Source of the DNA: Carcharhinus amblyrhynchos
Lineage: Eukaryota
Length of the DNA stretch: 64,000 nucleotides
Direction: 5' to 3'
Assembly: GCA_965287045.1 (NCBI GenBank)
Contig: OZ336879.1
Location: 19,034,001-19,098,000, forward strand
The position numbers were made by a program, and so were the translations under genes. Below the pieces are notes generated by a model. It did no database searches. It worked only from the letters and a program-made list of their open reading frames with translations, and was not told where the DNA came from. Of this stretch, positions 63,551 to 64,000 are shown piece by piece; positions within the stretch are counted from its first letter, which is position 1; each line of letters begins with the position of its first letter.

Positions 63551-64000
63551 CAAATTTAAAAAATGCTGCTTTGACCTAGCTAATGGCAAAGCGCTGCAAA
63601 TCATTCAGCAACTTGTGGTGATTCATAATTCAGGGCATGTCTCTTCCTCTCCACAGGTTGCTGGTGATTTGCACATTAATAATGGCTTGTGCCCAGACAC
63701 TTATCTTTTTCCAGCAAAATCCAGGTCAATGTGCTCATTTCTTGGAGAATCAGAGGAGTAAGTCATGAACCAAATCTGACAATGCACCAGATGCAAATTT
63801 GGCTGTTATTCTACAAAATTGGAATTGTAAATCAAAGGAGAAAAGACATTTATTTATATCCGTACAAGAATCAATATCCTCAGCTTAATCATGATAAATC
63901 TGAATGCCTTCAGCTATCAGTAAATAATAAAATCAAACAAAAGATATAACAGGATGTCAATCTTTATTCTGCAGCTGCCTTTCATCCAGTGTATGGAATT

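Overview
This is non-bacterial, repeat-dominated vertebrate DNA. The repeat complement (HE1/V-SINEs, HER1-like CR1 LINEs, Deu-SINE remnants) identifies it as cartilaginous fish, most likely a shark. No intact, nameable protein-coding gene is visible, and most entries in the ORF track are pieces of transposable elements or chance frames. Repeats present: about 14 V-SINE copies in at least three subfamilies, two other tRNA-SINE families, a long 5'-truncated degenerate CR1 (38850-42410) plus many CR1 fragments, RTE, Rex1/Babar and other CR1-group LINE pieces, solo LTRs and a Gypsy LTR+gag remnant. PIF/Harbinger is represented by a fragmented transposase, Myb/SANT partner remnants and TIR-bounded MITEs. 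The most distinctive signal is two families of short fold-back (palindromic) insertions flanked by 8-16 bp target-site duplications. They carry degenerate minimal hammerhead-ribozyme cores (CUGAUGA...GAAA-GCU / GAAA-CGU) and look like non-autonomous Penelope-like terminal derivatives; one family is embedded in both arms of a Harbinger MITE. Candidate host-gene material, all unidentified, is a plausible minus-strand terminal coding exon (53733-53952) with a polyA signal and a repeat-free minus-strand tract (about 1290-4220, 9130-10400) resembling decayed coding sequence. Repeat boundaries were read by eye and are approximate unless a TSD or TIR is quoted.
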